Below, piece by piece: positions 31,083 through 41,738 of a DNA stretch of 64,000 nucleotides (position 1 is its first letter; every line of letters starts with the position of its first letter). Source of the DNA: a virus; IMG/VR virus record IMGVR_UViG_3300035701_000023, positions 4,303 through 68,302 of that record; one strand, 5' to 3'. Below the pieces are notes generated by a model that saw nothing but the letters and a program-made list of their open reading frames with translations, had not been told where the DNA came from and did not search any database. The position numbers and the translations under genes were made by a program.

Positions 31083-32869
31083 TGGAAAACAAAAAAATAA
31101 TATTACCAACATTAAAACATGCTAACTCCAGTGAAGAGGAACATTCACTTAGGGTGGAGCTTGAAAAAAAAGAAATACTTTTAAGAGAAGGTGATCGGGA
31201 CATTGTTTTAGATTTATCGAAACTTTTTGATAAGGAACGAAATGAAAGTAAGGGATATAAAATTTATGGAAAAATAAAAATGATTTTCCGTAACATGTAT
31301 AGTGGTAATACAAATTATGAGTATCTAAGACAAAGATTGTATTTAGTTGGTGACGGGTCCGATGGCAATTTTAGTGGATTTTTACCATATGATGAATTCG
31401 CTTTTTTAAGGCGCGATGTCATAAGAGAATTAAACACACCAAATAGTGGTAGTGTGTTGGGTAGTTTTACACAAAATTTAAGTTTAGTAGGAAGTTCTGG
31501 CCATACACTCGTTACCTCAATTACCGCCCCATATCAAAATTGGAATCTTTATCTTTCTTATGTTTATACCGGAGACACCACATATCCAATAAGTTATACA
31601 TTAACGGGGGGAACAGACATATCATTCACAGCCGAAGATGGAATTCCGTTTAGAGTGTCAAGTAATGGAAATTATTATAAACTCACATCTCCAATTGAAC
31701 ATGGTATGAGTGAAGGAGAATTTATTGTTGTATCTGGAGGAACATTAAATAATTCAGTGCCAATTAGCGGAAGAACATTTCATATTGATAGTGTTGGTGA
31801 TGAATATCATAATTCTGAAAAATATGTTGTAAATGTTTTGAAGAATGAGTTTACCACTGGAACAACACTCAGCACAGTTATATTGGGTAAAAGATGTACC
31901 GATAGAAACAATATATCATTAACCTTATCTAAATATTATGTTCATAAACATAAGACATTAACCGACATTAATGGTTATATAATGGATAAAGTGGGGTTTG
32001 AATCTGCATTATGGGAAGACGAAAAGAAAATAATTTTTGAAAACTCAGCGGGGGTTAACGATCTTATTGTTGAAAGAAACAGAATGGAATCTGTTCTTTT
32101 TGATTTCAAAGAACCATTCATTTTAACGGGATTAACCAACAATTTAGGATATACACCAACGGATGTTTATGTAACAATGATTTTCAGAAATGGTGAAGGA
32201 TATTTTGATTACCCACCCAAGATTGGATATAAGTTTAATTTTCACGATTCGTGGATTGACAATCATTTTAGTGGAACAACATCTAATGAAATAACATTAA
32301 CGGGAGTAACGTTTACGGGGAACACTAGTATATCTGGTTATACTGGTTATACGTTTATTAGCGGACAAACATTACCAAAAGGATCAATTCTTGTGGGAGC
32401 ATTTGTTGAATATAATGAATATGAATTAAAAGAAAGAATTGTTAGTGAGACTTTTCATAAAATAGTTACTCCTGTTGTACATTTTGATTTTGAACAAGAC
32501 AACCCAGCGTTTTATTCTGGAGCATCTGCCAATAATTTAGTGGGACTTTATTACCAACCACATCATAGAATTAAATTAAGGGAATTATCACCATATATGG
32601 AAACAGCAAAAATGGGAGAAACAATCATTGATTTACCTGAAAATACAAAATATTTTAAAAGTGAAAACATATGGAAATGGAGAGATTTATATGATCACGG
32701 ATATGTTGATCCCGATGGAAATGGAACAAATTTTCCATTTTTAAATGATGTACATAATGTTAAATTAGAGATTAATTTCTATTTAAGAAATGAGAAACAA
32801 TATATAAATAAATCAGATGGGTTAGATAAATTTAATTACATCGGTAAAAAGAAAAAGAAAGATTGTTAA
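31082..32869 (+). CDS. Virion structural protein (baseplate periphery)
   Basis: TAATG-coupled within the structural operon; Thr/Gly-rich. Confidence 0.7.
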   Translation: MENKKIILPTLKHANSSEEEHSLRVELEKKEILLREGDRDIVLDLSKLFDKERNESKGYKIYGKIKMIFRNMYSGNTNYEYLRQRLYLVGDGSDGNFSGFLPYDEFAFLRRDVIRELNTPNSGSVLGSFTQNLSLVGSSGHTLVTSITAPYQNWNLYLSYVYTGDTTYPISYTLTGGTDISFTAEDGIPFRVSSNGNYYKLTSPIEHGMSEGEFIVVSGGTLNNSVPISGRTFHIDSVGDEYHNSEKYVVNVLKNEFTTGTTLSTVILGKRCTDRNNISLTLSKYYVHKHKTLTDINGYIMDKVGFESALWEDEKKIIFENSAGVNDLIVERNRMESVLFDFKEPFILTGLTNNLGYTPTDVYVTMIFRNGEGYFDYPPKIGYKFNFHDSWIDNHFSGTTSNEITLTGVTFTGNTSISGYTGYTFISGQTLPKGSILVGAFVEYNEYELKERIVSETFHKIVTPVVHFDFEQDNPAFYSGASANNLVGLYYQPHHRIKLRELSPYMETAKMGETIIDLPENTKYFKSENIWKWRDLYDHGYVDPDGNGTNFPFLNDVHNVKLEINFYLRNEKQYINKSDGLDKFNYIGKKKKKDC

Positions 32870-33660
32870 TGAAAATACTACGATCCGACAATGAATTAAA
32901 ATTGATCTTGAATAGCGAACAAGATTTTAAACCAGACGCTGGATGGGAGGAGAACTTGTCTCAATTAGAGGAAGAGAGTTTAAAAAAGGTAATTAACCCT
33001 GCGGAGAACTATGAAACGATTAGGTATATTCATAAACCATACCTGTCAGTAAGCGGAGTTATCCAGACCGACATATGGTTTTATTTTTATTTTGTTAGTG
33101 GTGGAACATATACAAATGGATTGGAATATGGATTAGTTGGTATTACACCACAGGAAAACGCTAAAATGTTAAAACAATCAACTGAAAGTTTTTTCAGGTT
33201 AGAATTTTATAAAACACCAAACAACGACGATCCTGACAGAATAAATAGAAAATTGGTTTTCAGTAAAAATCTTTCATTACCACTAGGTGAAAAATTTTTT
33301 TACACCACGTTAAGAGATTATATCCACGTACCTGTATTCATGGGTAGTAACTATCGTAATAAAGAAAACATGTATCTATTTTGGTTTCAGGATGATGAGG
33401 CGTTTAGTGAGACAACGTTAACTGGAGACACATTTTGGATGACGGCAAAATTTTTTAATGCAAAGGATGGGTCAATAATTGATTTCACAAATAGTGGTTT
33501 AACAATCTCCCAAGAAGTGGAAGAAATCAGGGATATGTATTATAAGATCATAATTGATAGATCAGATTATTCATATCAGGTTTATTCATACACGGGAACA
33601 ACAGGAACAAGAGTTGGAAAAACATTTATCCCAATTAAGTTCTATGAAAAACAGTCATAA
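32869..33660 (+). CDS. Virion structural protein
   Basis: ATG at 32869 overlaps the upstream TAA; operon context. Confidence 0.7.
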   Translation: MKILRSDNELKLILNSEQDFKPDAGWEENLSQLEEESLKKVINPAENYETIRYIHKPYLSVSGVIQTDIWFYFYFVSGGTYTNGLEYGLVGITPQENAKMLKQSTESFFRLEFYKTPNNDDPDRINRKLVFSKNLSLPLGEKFFYTTLRDYIHVPVFMGSNYRNKENMYLFWFQDDEAFSETTLTGDTFWMTAKFFNAKDGSIIDFTNSGLTISQEVEEIRDMYYKIIIDRSDYSYQVYSYTGTTGTRVGKTFIPIKFYEKQS

Positions 33661-34574
33661 TGGAAAAGGTAAGACATCAAATATTAAAATACAACACGGG
33701 GTTAACTTTTGATCTTCCTATTTACCTAGAATCATCAGTTGATGAAATGGGGGTGATGGTTGATTTTGATGGAGACATTACCCAAGTGGAACTTTTCTGT
33801 AATTTCAGTTACACACAAACAGGATCAACAATTGATGTTTATAATACCGTTTATATTGAAAGATTTAGAAGATATTATGAGGCAACATTCACAATTGATT
33901 GGGGGGACACCACGACATCCAACTTACCCGCCCATACGGGTAATACATTAACAACAGCAAGTAAATCGTACACAGGAACAGGAGAATATAACATTTCAAT
34001 CACCCTAGATTCTCCGTGGACAAAACAGAAATTAACTAAAAGGGTAAAAGTCCCTATGGATATTTCGGTTTCAAATCCTTTGGGAACATTTAGTGGATTT
34101 ACAATCCCATATACAATTTTACCCGGTTCAATTGACTATCTGAATGATTTGGATTACACTACGGGACATACTGGGAATACCACATTCACATATATAGCGA
34201 TTGGTGGTAGTAAAATAATTGAAAAGAAACTTTATGGTTCTAATACCTATACAGGAATCACTACGGGGACTACTGGTGACCTAACATATAGTGGGTACAC
34301 TATTGACACCTTGAATTATCGAGACTATTCTGATGGGTATACAATGATCACAGGAACAACATCGGGATTTACTAAGGAAGAGGTGTTTAATTCTGTTTTA
34401 ACCAGAAATGAACATTTTTTAGGGTTTGTGGATGAACCAACGATATATTCGGACATTTTTGTGGAAAGAGGTAAGATGGGGGTGATGGAAAATAATCTAA
34501 GATTAAGTGAAATTGATAACATGATGGAGTTGGAGATCTATGGAAATGGGTTCTTCGTTGTTAAAAAACAATAA
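33660..34574 (+). CDS. Virion structural protein with PKD/Ig-like segment
   Basis: FTIDWGDTT...SYTGTGEYNISIT is PKD-like; TAATG-coupled. Confidence 0.7.
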   Translation: MEKVRHQILKYNTGLTFDLPIYLESSVDEMGVMVDFDGDITQVELFCNFSYTQTGSTIDVYNTVYIERFRRYYEATFTIDWGDTTTSNLPAHTGNTLTTASKSYTGTGEYNISITLDSPWTKQKLTKRVKVPMDISVSNPLGTFSGFTIPYTILPGSIDYLNDLDYTTGHTGNTTFTYIAIGGSKIIEKKLYGSNTYTGITTGTTGDLTYSGYTIDTLNYRDYSDGYTMITGTTSGFTKEEVFNSVLTRNEHFLGFVDEPTIYSDIFVERGKMGVMENNLRLSEIDNMMELEIYGNGFFVVKKQ

Positions 34575-34599
34575 AAATCATATTTATAAATAAAACATT

Positions 34600-35517
34600 A
34601 TGGCAGTAGGATCATACGGAATTATAAGACCATCAGATATCTCTCCCGCAGACGTGGAAATTTATTACCATTATGTGGCCAGTAGAATATCCACCGCTGA
34701 TGTCACACTAAAAAGATTAGATCCACAGGATGTTCTCACCCCTGTGTTTCATAATAGTGAAACAACAGACGACACTAATGCGCCGAATGTTGAAATTTTG
34801 GGTGGGTTATATAATCTAAAATTAAGTTCAGCTGATTTTTCTGAACTCGGGATATATACCCTTCACATTAGACCAAAACAAATAAGAACATCCATTACAG
34901 ACTGTGGAATACTCGCTTCTTTACCTTCAGTTAGGGGATTAATAATTGATTTGAGTAATGTTCCATCCGCTGACAGAAATAAATTCACCCCACAAGGATT
35001 AGTTGGATATAGGATTGAGTATATCAATCCAGATAACAACGCTAAAATTCCGAATTTTTACAGAGTGGTCACATCTTCGTTTTTCTGTACTCCCGTTGTT
35101 TCAAATTTAACAAACACAGCACAGAAAGCAATCAGATACCAATATAGTGATGAAGCAACGAATCTGATGTTCTTAACTGTAACACCATCATCGGCGCCAT
35201 CAAGTAGGCCAAACACGGTTCCATTCATTGGTCAACCAGCACAGAAAATTATTTTAACGAACACATTTTTGAATCCAACTACACTTGAAATCGAAATGGT
35301 TGAACATGATTCAACAACATTAGCATATGCGTTGTATGGTAATCAAACCAAAGCAATAGCTCCGGGTATTTACACCATCTACGATAATAACAATAATATC
35401 TATAAACAATACAATTTATATGAAATCAAGGATGACTTGAATGAAACATTGTATGAAGTTAGGGAAAAGAAAACGGATATTGATCAGACGTTAGATTTTA
35501 ATACCATAACAGGATAA
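34600..35517 (+). CDS. Virion structural protein
   Basis: 305 aa; own TATTTAT at 34581-34587. Confidence 0.7.
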   Translation: MAVGSYGIIRPSDISPADVEIYYHYVASRISTADVTLKRLDPQDVLTPVFHNSETTDDTNAPNVEILGGLYNLKLSSADFSELGIYTLHIRPKQIRTSITDCGILASLPSVRGLIIDLSNVPSADRNKFTPQGLVGYRIEYINPDNNAKIPNFYRVVTSSFFCTPVVSNLTNTAQKAIRYQYSDEATNLMFLTVTPSSAPSSRPNTVPFIGQPAQKIILTNTFLNPTTLEIEMVEHDSTTLAYALYGNQTKAIAPGIYTIYDNNNNIYKQYNLYEIKDDLNETLYEVREKKTDIDQTLDFNTITG

Positions 35518-38500
35518 TGGCGACAACACATAAAGTACCAAGTCAGGCGGCGAGCGGTAGGGATACCTTTAATGATAATTTAGTCGGTGTACAAATTACC
35601 GATGGTACTAGTCAATTGACTAATACAAACTTTGAACTTGACAAGAACATTCCAGAAAAAGATAGTAAAAAATTTAAAACAAATCCTTTTTCTGAATTCT
35701 TAACTTTAGACACATTAAACAAAGAAACATCTTCCCCAACAACACAGACACAAGAAGAAATTGATCAACAAATTAGGTTTAAAAACGCTAAAAATGATGC
35801 TGGCAGATCACTTTACGGGTCATTATCAAGTAGAATATTAGTATCTATCAATAGAATTATAAGTAAGTTTCCCGCGGCGTTCATGGTGGATAAGGATAAT
35901 TCAACAAGTACGTCAGCGGTTACCGCAAGTGAAATATCATATGATATTAGTACTAACACCACTAAATTTACGGTTGAATCCTCAAAAACATATAACCCAT
36001 TTGAAATTGAATTTTCAAAACCAAATTCCAATATCTTACCTGAAACGGATAATGAAATAAGAAGATTTTTTTCTTCTTATAAAAAATATGTTGTTGAATT
36101 AAGTGGAATACAATATAGTGTTGTAAATTATATTGAACCAAACATTAACAAAAAGATGGTATTAACCATCGAAGGTAATCCTTTTACTGGTTCAACATAT
36201 TTGGAAAATATTTTAGTTAGACCAATAGATGGTATTACTGAAGAATTTTTCAATGGGTTGGATGACTTAGAAAATCAACTATTAAATAGGGAATCAAATC
36301 CATTGTATACCGCAAGTTTCATTGTTCCAAGAGATAGTTTTGATCATACCACAACAGATTTAATAACGGTAAAATACACTTGGCCAACATCTAAAGATGG
36401 GTGGAACATTAAAGTGACTGGTTCGGATTACGATGCCATGATCAACGAATTGAGTGATTTAGCAACGGAAATTGATGATTATAAGTCTAATTTAATGGTT
36501 AGATTTTTATCCTCACCTCAATTATTTGAGTTTGATACTGAAGATAAGAAAATGGAATCGGTGTTTCAGTTATATGGTCAGAACTTTGACAAGGTAAAAA
36601 AATACATCGATAATATTGCTTTCATGAGGAACATATCCTATGATGGTATTAATAATTTACCTGATATCTTACTTAAAAATCTTGCGGAAACCCTTGGATT
36701 ATCAACTGTGAACCTATTTGATGAAAAGAAATTTGAAGAAATTCTTTATACACGACACGACACACAATATGGTGGTGAATCGATGGCTCGCAATATAATT
36801 GAGGCGGAATATGAATTTTACAGAAGATTATTGGCTAACCTATCCTTTATTTATAAATCAAAGGGAACAAGGTCTGCAATTAATTTCTTTTTAAGATTTT
36901 TAGGGGCGCCAGAACCTTTGATTAAAATTGAAGAACATGTTTATCAGGTTATAGGTCTTCCAGAATCTAAAGATTTGGAAGGGGATATTAGAGACGTAAT
37001 TCAGGGAACAAAAACAAGAATCACCGGATATTATAGTGGAGTAACAAGTGGATATACTTATGAAAAACTAATTGAAACAGGAACAACAACATTTACAAGG
37101 GAAGGTTATCCCGTTGATGAAGTAAGCGGATTACCAAGAAAAGCATCCAATTCAATAACTGACATATATTTCCAAAAGGGTTCGGGATGGTACGATATTA
37201 CGTTACAGCATCGCTCAAGAGACATTTTAGACACCGAAAATTCAATTTTAACTGGCAGAACAAAAACAATCAAAACAAAATCAAGGGCATATGATTATGG
37301 TGAAGATTATTTTGATGTTTTTAGGACGCTTCCCGGGTTAGATACAGGATATGAACTTGAAAACGTGGTAGACAATGTAAAGGCGCATATTGTTGATGAC
37401 AAATCACCAATAATATTGAACAGGAAGAATATCGGTGTTTATTTATCACCAAGCAGAGCAATTGATTATGATATATGGAAAAAATCCAGAGATTTAGTGT
37501 TAACATTTGGTACGGAAACATTATATCCACAAACCGGTATAACCTTTGCTGAATTTTTAGATAAGACAATACATAGTCAAATAAAAAACTCACATACGAT
37601 TCGATATAAAAAGAATTACATCGCTCTTGAGGATGTATACACATCATATGTTAACAGCTCAGGATTCACACCATATAATTTCATTGATTCACATGAGTTT
37701 ATTTTGAAAATGAGCCCATATTGGGTTCAAGTTATTGAACAGATAATTCCAGCAACTACTTTATGGACGGGAGGTAATTTAATTGAAAATAACCTATTTG
37801 GTAGGTCAAAATATAAATATAATCTAGGGTGTCAAGTAAAAGAGATAATACAGAAATTAGAACCAGAACCGGGGTTTGTACAAGAAGTTACAGATGAAAT
37901 TGTATTATGGGATCCAGATAAAATTTGTAATATTAAATTCTATCCAGAATTTATTATCGATTGTATAACATATAGTGGAACATTATCATCATCATATGCC
38001 ATAATGAGTGGATTAACATCCGTTCCAAATCTCAATGCCGCATTATATAGTGATCTCTATGTAACATATAATCCAGATTACACTGCGCTTCGTGTATTAT
38101 GGAAAAAAGCGTTGATTAATTATTTGGATAATGAATTAAACGTCCCCGATCCCGTTGTTTCATATGAATTTTTTACTAACACCGATGGTATTGAAATGAT
38201 TAAATTTAGTTCATATAAAAACGGCCCACATGAGTGTAGTATAATGGATTCTTTAGAATTTAAAACGAAAGTTGTTTCTGTTGGAGGGTGTGCAATTGTA
38301 CCATGTAATCCAGATTGTAGCATTTATAACATAACAATAGATCAGGGAGACATTAATCTCGGAAATGGGAATGTTGTTTATTTATCTAATTATGAATGTG
38401 GAGCAACTGGCTCAACCACATTAACATATACAACACCACAAACATTTGATCTTTGTATACAGGCAACTGAAGGAATTCCATATCTCTACATTTATACGGG

Positions 38501-39539
38501 AGCATCAGTTAATGTACCATGTATATATTCAACCGCAGCGAACACTCACGGATGTTGTACGGGATGTACTGATGGTTGTACTAATTTTGATGTTACATTT
38601 TATGGTCCATATACCGTAGCATTAGCGACAGGTAATACTATTCATGCGAATAATACTGTTTACGTTGAATATAAAACATGTGGTCAATCAATTTCAACTC
38701 CAGATAATATTTCAACTAAGATACTTACTGGAAGTACAACAGGATACACAACATATTATAATGAACTATGTACAATATATTATACAAGTACCGGTATGAC
38801 AAATTACCCAAGAATGTATTTCTATCAAAACGACATTGCACAATCAATAGATCCGGATAACTATATATTCAATGATACTAGAGTTTGTTGTACCACTATT
38901 CAATGTGCGTTTACTTGTGAAAATTATACTGTAGCGGTTGACCCATTAGATCTCGCGATGGCAACAGGAAACACAGGTCATAGTAACAATACGGTTTATG
39001 TTGGATATAAATTATGTGACCCAACAACTGGAGATCCAACAACCAGTACATTAGAATTTACAACGGGAGGAACATATATTGATGCTTTCTGTAATAGATC
39101 ATCTTCAGATCCGGGGGTATATTTCTATCAAAATGATATTCAAATTACTGGTGGTGTATCATCGTATCTCACAATTGGTGATACTTGTTGTGATACGGGT
39201 TGTACTAAACCTAGTGGTCTTGTAACAAATTCATTAATTAGTAGTGTAATTATTACAGGAACTACGTATAATTTTTATACTGGGGACACATCTGAAGTAA
39301 ATACGGCCTTTGATCGATATCTTATTAGTGGAGGTACAATTACTGGATATACAATGTTTGATTCATACTCAGTTAATCTAAATGAGAGAATATACACAAC
39401 AGGTCAGACAAATTGTTCGTGTTCAATATCAGACGGAATATATTGGCAGTTTGATAGTTCACTTAACAATCCATATAATCCAAATGTGAAGTTAGTAACG
39501 GTGATTAATTGTATAATTTACAATATAATAGGTCCATAA
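35517..39539 (+). CDS. Baseplate wedge gp7/P2 gpI-like protein with Cys-rich C-terminal repeats
   Basis: NLPDILLKNLAETLG...YKSKGTRSAINFFLRFLG tail-protein-I motif; three Cys-rich repeats at the C-terminus. Confidence 0.72.
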   Translation: MATTHKVPSQAASGRDTFNDNLVGVQITDGTSQLTNTNFELDKNIPEKDSKKFKTNPFSEFLTLDTLNKETSSPTTQTQEEIDQQIRFKNAKNDAGRSLYGSLSSRILVSINRIISKFPAAFMVDKDNSTSTSAVTASEISYDISTNTTKFTVESSKTYNPFEIEFSKPNSNILPETDNEIRRFFSSYKKYVVELSGIQYSVVNYIEPNINKKMVLTIEGNPFTGSTYLENILVRPIDGITEEFFNGLDDLENQLLNRESNPLYTASFIVPRDSFDHTTTDLITVKYTWPTSKDGWNIKVTGSDYDAMINELSDLATEIDDYKSNLMVRFLSSPQLFEFDTEDKKMESVFQLYGQNFDKVKKYIDNIAFMRNISYDGINNLPDILLKNLAETLGLSTVNLFDEKKFEEILYTRHDTQYGGESMARNIIEAEYEFYRRLLANLSFIYKSKGTRSAINFFLRFLGAPEPLIKIEEHVYQVIGLPESKDLEGDIRDVIQGTKTRITGYYSGVTSGYTYEKLIETGTTTFTREGYPVDEVSGLPRKASNSITDIYFQKGSGWYDITLQHRSRDILDTENSILTGRTKTIKTKSRAYDYGEDYFDVFRTLPGLDTGYELENVVDNVKAHIVDDKSPIILNRKNIGVYLSPSRAIDYDIWKKSRDLVLTFGTETLYPQTGITFAEFLDKTIHSQIKNSHTIRYKKNYIALEDVYTSYVNSSGFTPYNFIDSHEFILKMSPYWVQVIEQIIPATTLWTGGNLIENNLFGRSKYKYNLGCQVKEIIQKLEPEPGFVQEVTDEIVLWDPDKICNIKFYPEFIIDCITYSGTLSSSYAIMSGLTSVPNLNAALYSDLYVTYNPDYTALRVLWKKALINYLDNELNVPDPVVSYEFFTNTDGIEMIKFSSYKNGPHECSIMDSLEFKTKVVSVGGCAIVPCNPDCSIYNITIDQGDINLGNGNVVYLSNYECGATGSTTLTYTTPQTFDLCIQATEGIPYLYIYTGASVNVPCIYSTAANTHGCCTGCTDGCTNFDVTFYGPYTVALATGNTIHANNTVYVEYKTCGQSISTPDNISTKILTGSTTGYTTYYNELCTIYYTSTGMTNYPRMYFYQNDIAQSIDPDNYIFNDTRVCCTTIQCAFTCENYTVAVDPLDLAMATGNTGHSNNTVYVGYKLCDPTTGDPTTSTLEFTTGGTYIDAFCNRSSSDPGVYFYQNDIQITGGVSSYLTIGDTCCDTGCTKPSGLVTNSLISSVIITGTTYNFYTGDTSEVNTAFDRYLISGGTITGYTMFDSYSVNLNERIYTTGQTNCSCSISDGIYWQFDSSLNNPYNPNVKLVTVINCIIYNIIGP
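38316..39191 (+). repeat. Three degenerate ~90-110 aa Cys-rich protein repeats
   Basis: Units begin at 38316, 38577 and 38916; shared C..(Y/F).(I/V), GN...VY...Y..C, P..Y(F/I)Y and terminal CC. Confidence 0.75.
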
Positions 39540-39563
39540 ATAAAAAGATAATATTTATCAAAT

Positions 39564-41699
39564 ATGAGTTTTTTAAACACAAATAATTCTGAGTTCCTAA
39601 CCGTAAGAATTACAAAAAAGGGAAGAAACGCCATTTCTAAGGGTAATTTTGTTATTTCCTATTTTCAGGTTGGAGATTCTGAATATGATTACACTCATCC
39701 CTTTGATAAGTTAACGGGTGCGGGAGGATCACCTAGTCAGAAGGTATTTTCACCTATGGATAAAGAGAGTGGCGTTAAATACCCGTATAAAATAGACTCA
39801 ACAAGTGGTGTAACCACATATGGTAACCCAATACAACAAGCATATACTGACACATTAAGAAATGTGATGGGGCCAGCTGGTTTCGTCACAGATTATATCC
39901 CATATCAAACAACAGGAACGGGGTTTACTGGAACAACCGTAATGTGTGTTACATCTACGTTAAATTTTACTGGTTTAACCGGAACAAATACACTTACAGT
40001 ACCAACAGGCAACACATATCAAAATTGTGAGTTCATAACATTAGTTTTTAATACGTTTGATAATACCAACCCTAATGATCCATTAATTAAAAGTGGTAGA
40101 ACAAACAGTTTAGTTTACAAAGTAACCGGAATAACTGGTAACACTTTATATTTGGATAGAAAAACCCCAACACTTTCCGGAGTAACAGGAACAGCAGAAA
40201 TTGTAGGAAATAAATGTTCAATTGAATTCCCAATTATTACGGGAACAACATGTCCACCACCAAGTTGTGATCCATATGATCAACACGATCCTTGGACTTT
40301 GGATATTGTGTGGGGAGAAAACCCAATTGGATATACGGGGGCAACGGAAAATAATTTGACTGGTTTTACCGGCAACCAATTCGTATCGACAAAACAATTT
40401 TTGGGATATACAACATCATCGGGTCAGAGTGTAAATTCAGGTACAACATATACAAACTCATATGACGAGGTGATTTATGTAACACCCGAAGAACAAAGGG
40501 TACTAGCAATTATACATTACTCTGAATTGGGGGACATTGTAAATGATCCCGAAAGATTTTTCAAGTATGATGATTATATTAGTACCAATGATGTGATTGG
40601 TGATTCAATAGTTGATGATAGGAGTGGTAACACAATTACTGATACCGAATATTTTGAAATATATATACCATTTATTTTATACCACAGGAACACAGGAACA
40701 ACTATTGGCGCCACTTTCCATATGGATACGGTTAACCAACTGGTAGAGACACCAACAACGATTAGTGATGGAAGATCTGAATTAGCGTTTAGATATTTGT
40801 TAGACGAACAGAACAATAGGGTTGGTAGGGCTTATTACAATAACAAAACAATTGTATTTGATGATCAAGAATTGGTAGCAATACTAGATTACAGATCAAA
40901 CAGGAAACATACCCTTGGATCACCTAAGACATTCTTAGTACATAGTGATAACACTTTAGTAAATTCATTGGTTTCCGGGGTAACAGACCAAAAATTCTGG
41001 ATAACTTATATATTCACGAATTCAGGAACAACATTGAATTCATTACCGTGTAATTACTATACAAGTATTACAAGTGTTGGATCTTCATCAAATGATTGTC
41101 ACCCAAATGTCCCGTCTAACATTGGAATTAAATTTGACATAGGTACATTCCAATTCATGGAAACCACATTATCTGGTTTTACAAAAGGATTTTTAGGAAC
41201 TGGATTTAAGGTGTTGGTACAAGAAACCACAATGACTGGGTATCCATCCACCGATTTATGGAGAGAAATTGATTATACCACACAGGCAAGTGGAAATGGT
41301 ATTTCATATCTGAATAGAACAAATATTGAAGACAAAACATTTATAATCACCAAGTCGGGATATACAGGTGCATCATTATTTAATCTCGACACATATATGG
41401 GAAATGGATACATTGTTCAGGAACCATCTACCAAACCAAAATTCGGTGACGAACAACCATTCCCCGGAAGCATAAAACTTATTAGATCAACCGACATAGA
41501 AGTGATGGACTTTCTAATAAATCTACCAAGTACTCAATTTACCGTAACACAAAATCCAACATATACAATTGGAGATACTAAAAAAATAACGGAGATTGCA
41601 TTATTGAATAATAATAAGGAAGTATATGCTGTTGGAAAAACAGCAAGTCCTTTAACAAGATCAGGTACTCAGGTGTTTGCGTTGAAATTGGATTTCTAA
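39564..41699 (+). CDS. Baseplate/tail-fibre attachment protein (gp8/P2 gpH N-terminal-like)
   Basis: ITKKGRNAISKG...YFQVGDSE at the N-terminus and ITEIALLNNNKEVYAVGK at the C-terminus; TATTTAT 39552-39558. Confidence 0.65.
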   Translation: MSFLNTNNSEFLTVRITKKGRNAISKGNFVISYFQVGDSEYDYTHPFDKLTGAGGSPSQKVFSPMDKESGVKYPYKIDSTSGVTTYGNPIQQAYTDTLRNVMGPAGFVTDYIPYQTTGTGFTGTTVMCVTSTLNFTGLTGTNTLTVPTGNTYQNCEFITLVFNTFDNTNPNDPLIKSGRTNSLVYKVTGITGNTLYLDRKTPTLSGVTGTAEIVGNKCSIEFPIITGTTCPPPSCDPYDQHDPWTLDIVWGENPIGYTGATENNLTGFTGNQFVSTKQFLGYTTSSGQSVNSGTTYTNSYDEVIYVTPEEQRVLAIIHYSELGDIVNDPERFFKYDDYISTNDVIGDSIVDDRSGNTITDTEYFEIYIPFILYHRNTGTTIGATFHMDTVNQLVETPTTISDGRSELAFRYLLDEQNNRVGRAYYNNKTIVFDDQELVAILDYRSNRKHTLGSPKTFLVHSDNTLVNSLVSGVTDQKFWITYIFTNSGTTLNSLPCNYYTSITSVGSSSNDCHPNVPSNIGIKFDIGTFQFMETTLSGFTKGFLGTGFKVLVQETTMTGYPSTDLWREIDYTTQASGNGISYLNRTNIEDKTFIITKSGYTGASLFNLDTYMGNGYIVQEPSTKPKFGDEQPFPGSIKLIRSTDIEVMDFLINLPSTQFTVTQNPTYTIGDTKKITEIALLNNNKEVYAVGKTASPLTRSGTQVFALKLDF

Positions 41700-41738
41700 C
41701 TATTCACATTTGTAAAAATATTACGTATATATTGTTTT

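Noticed and set aside
35517-41699. Diversity-generating retroelement targeting fibre genes
   Set aside because: No reverse transcriptase and no TR/VR pair with adenine-specific mismatches noticed in the window.
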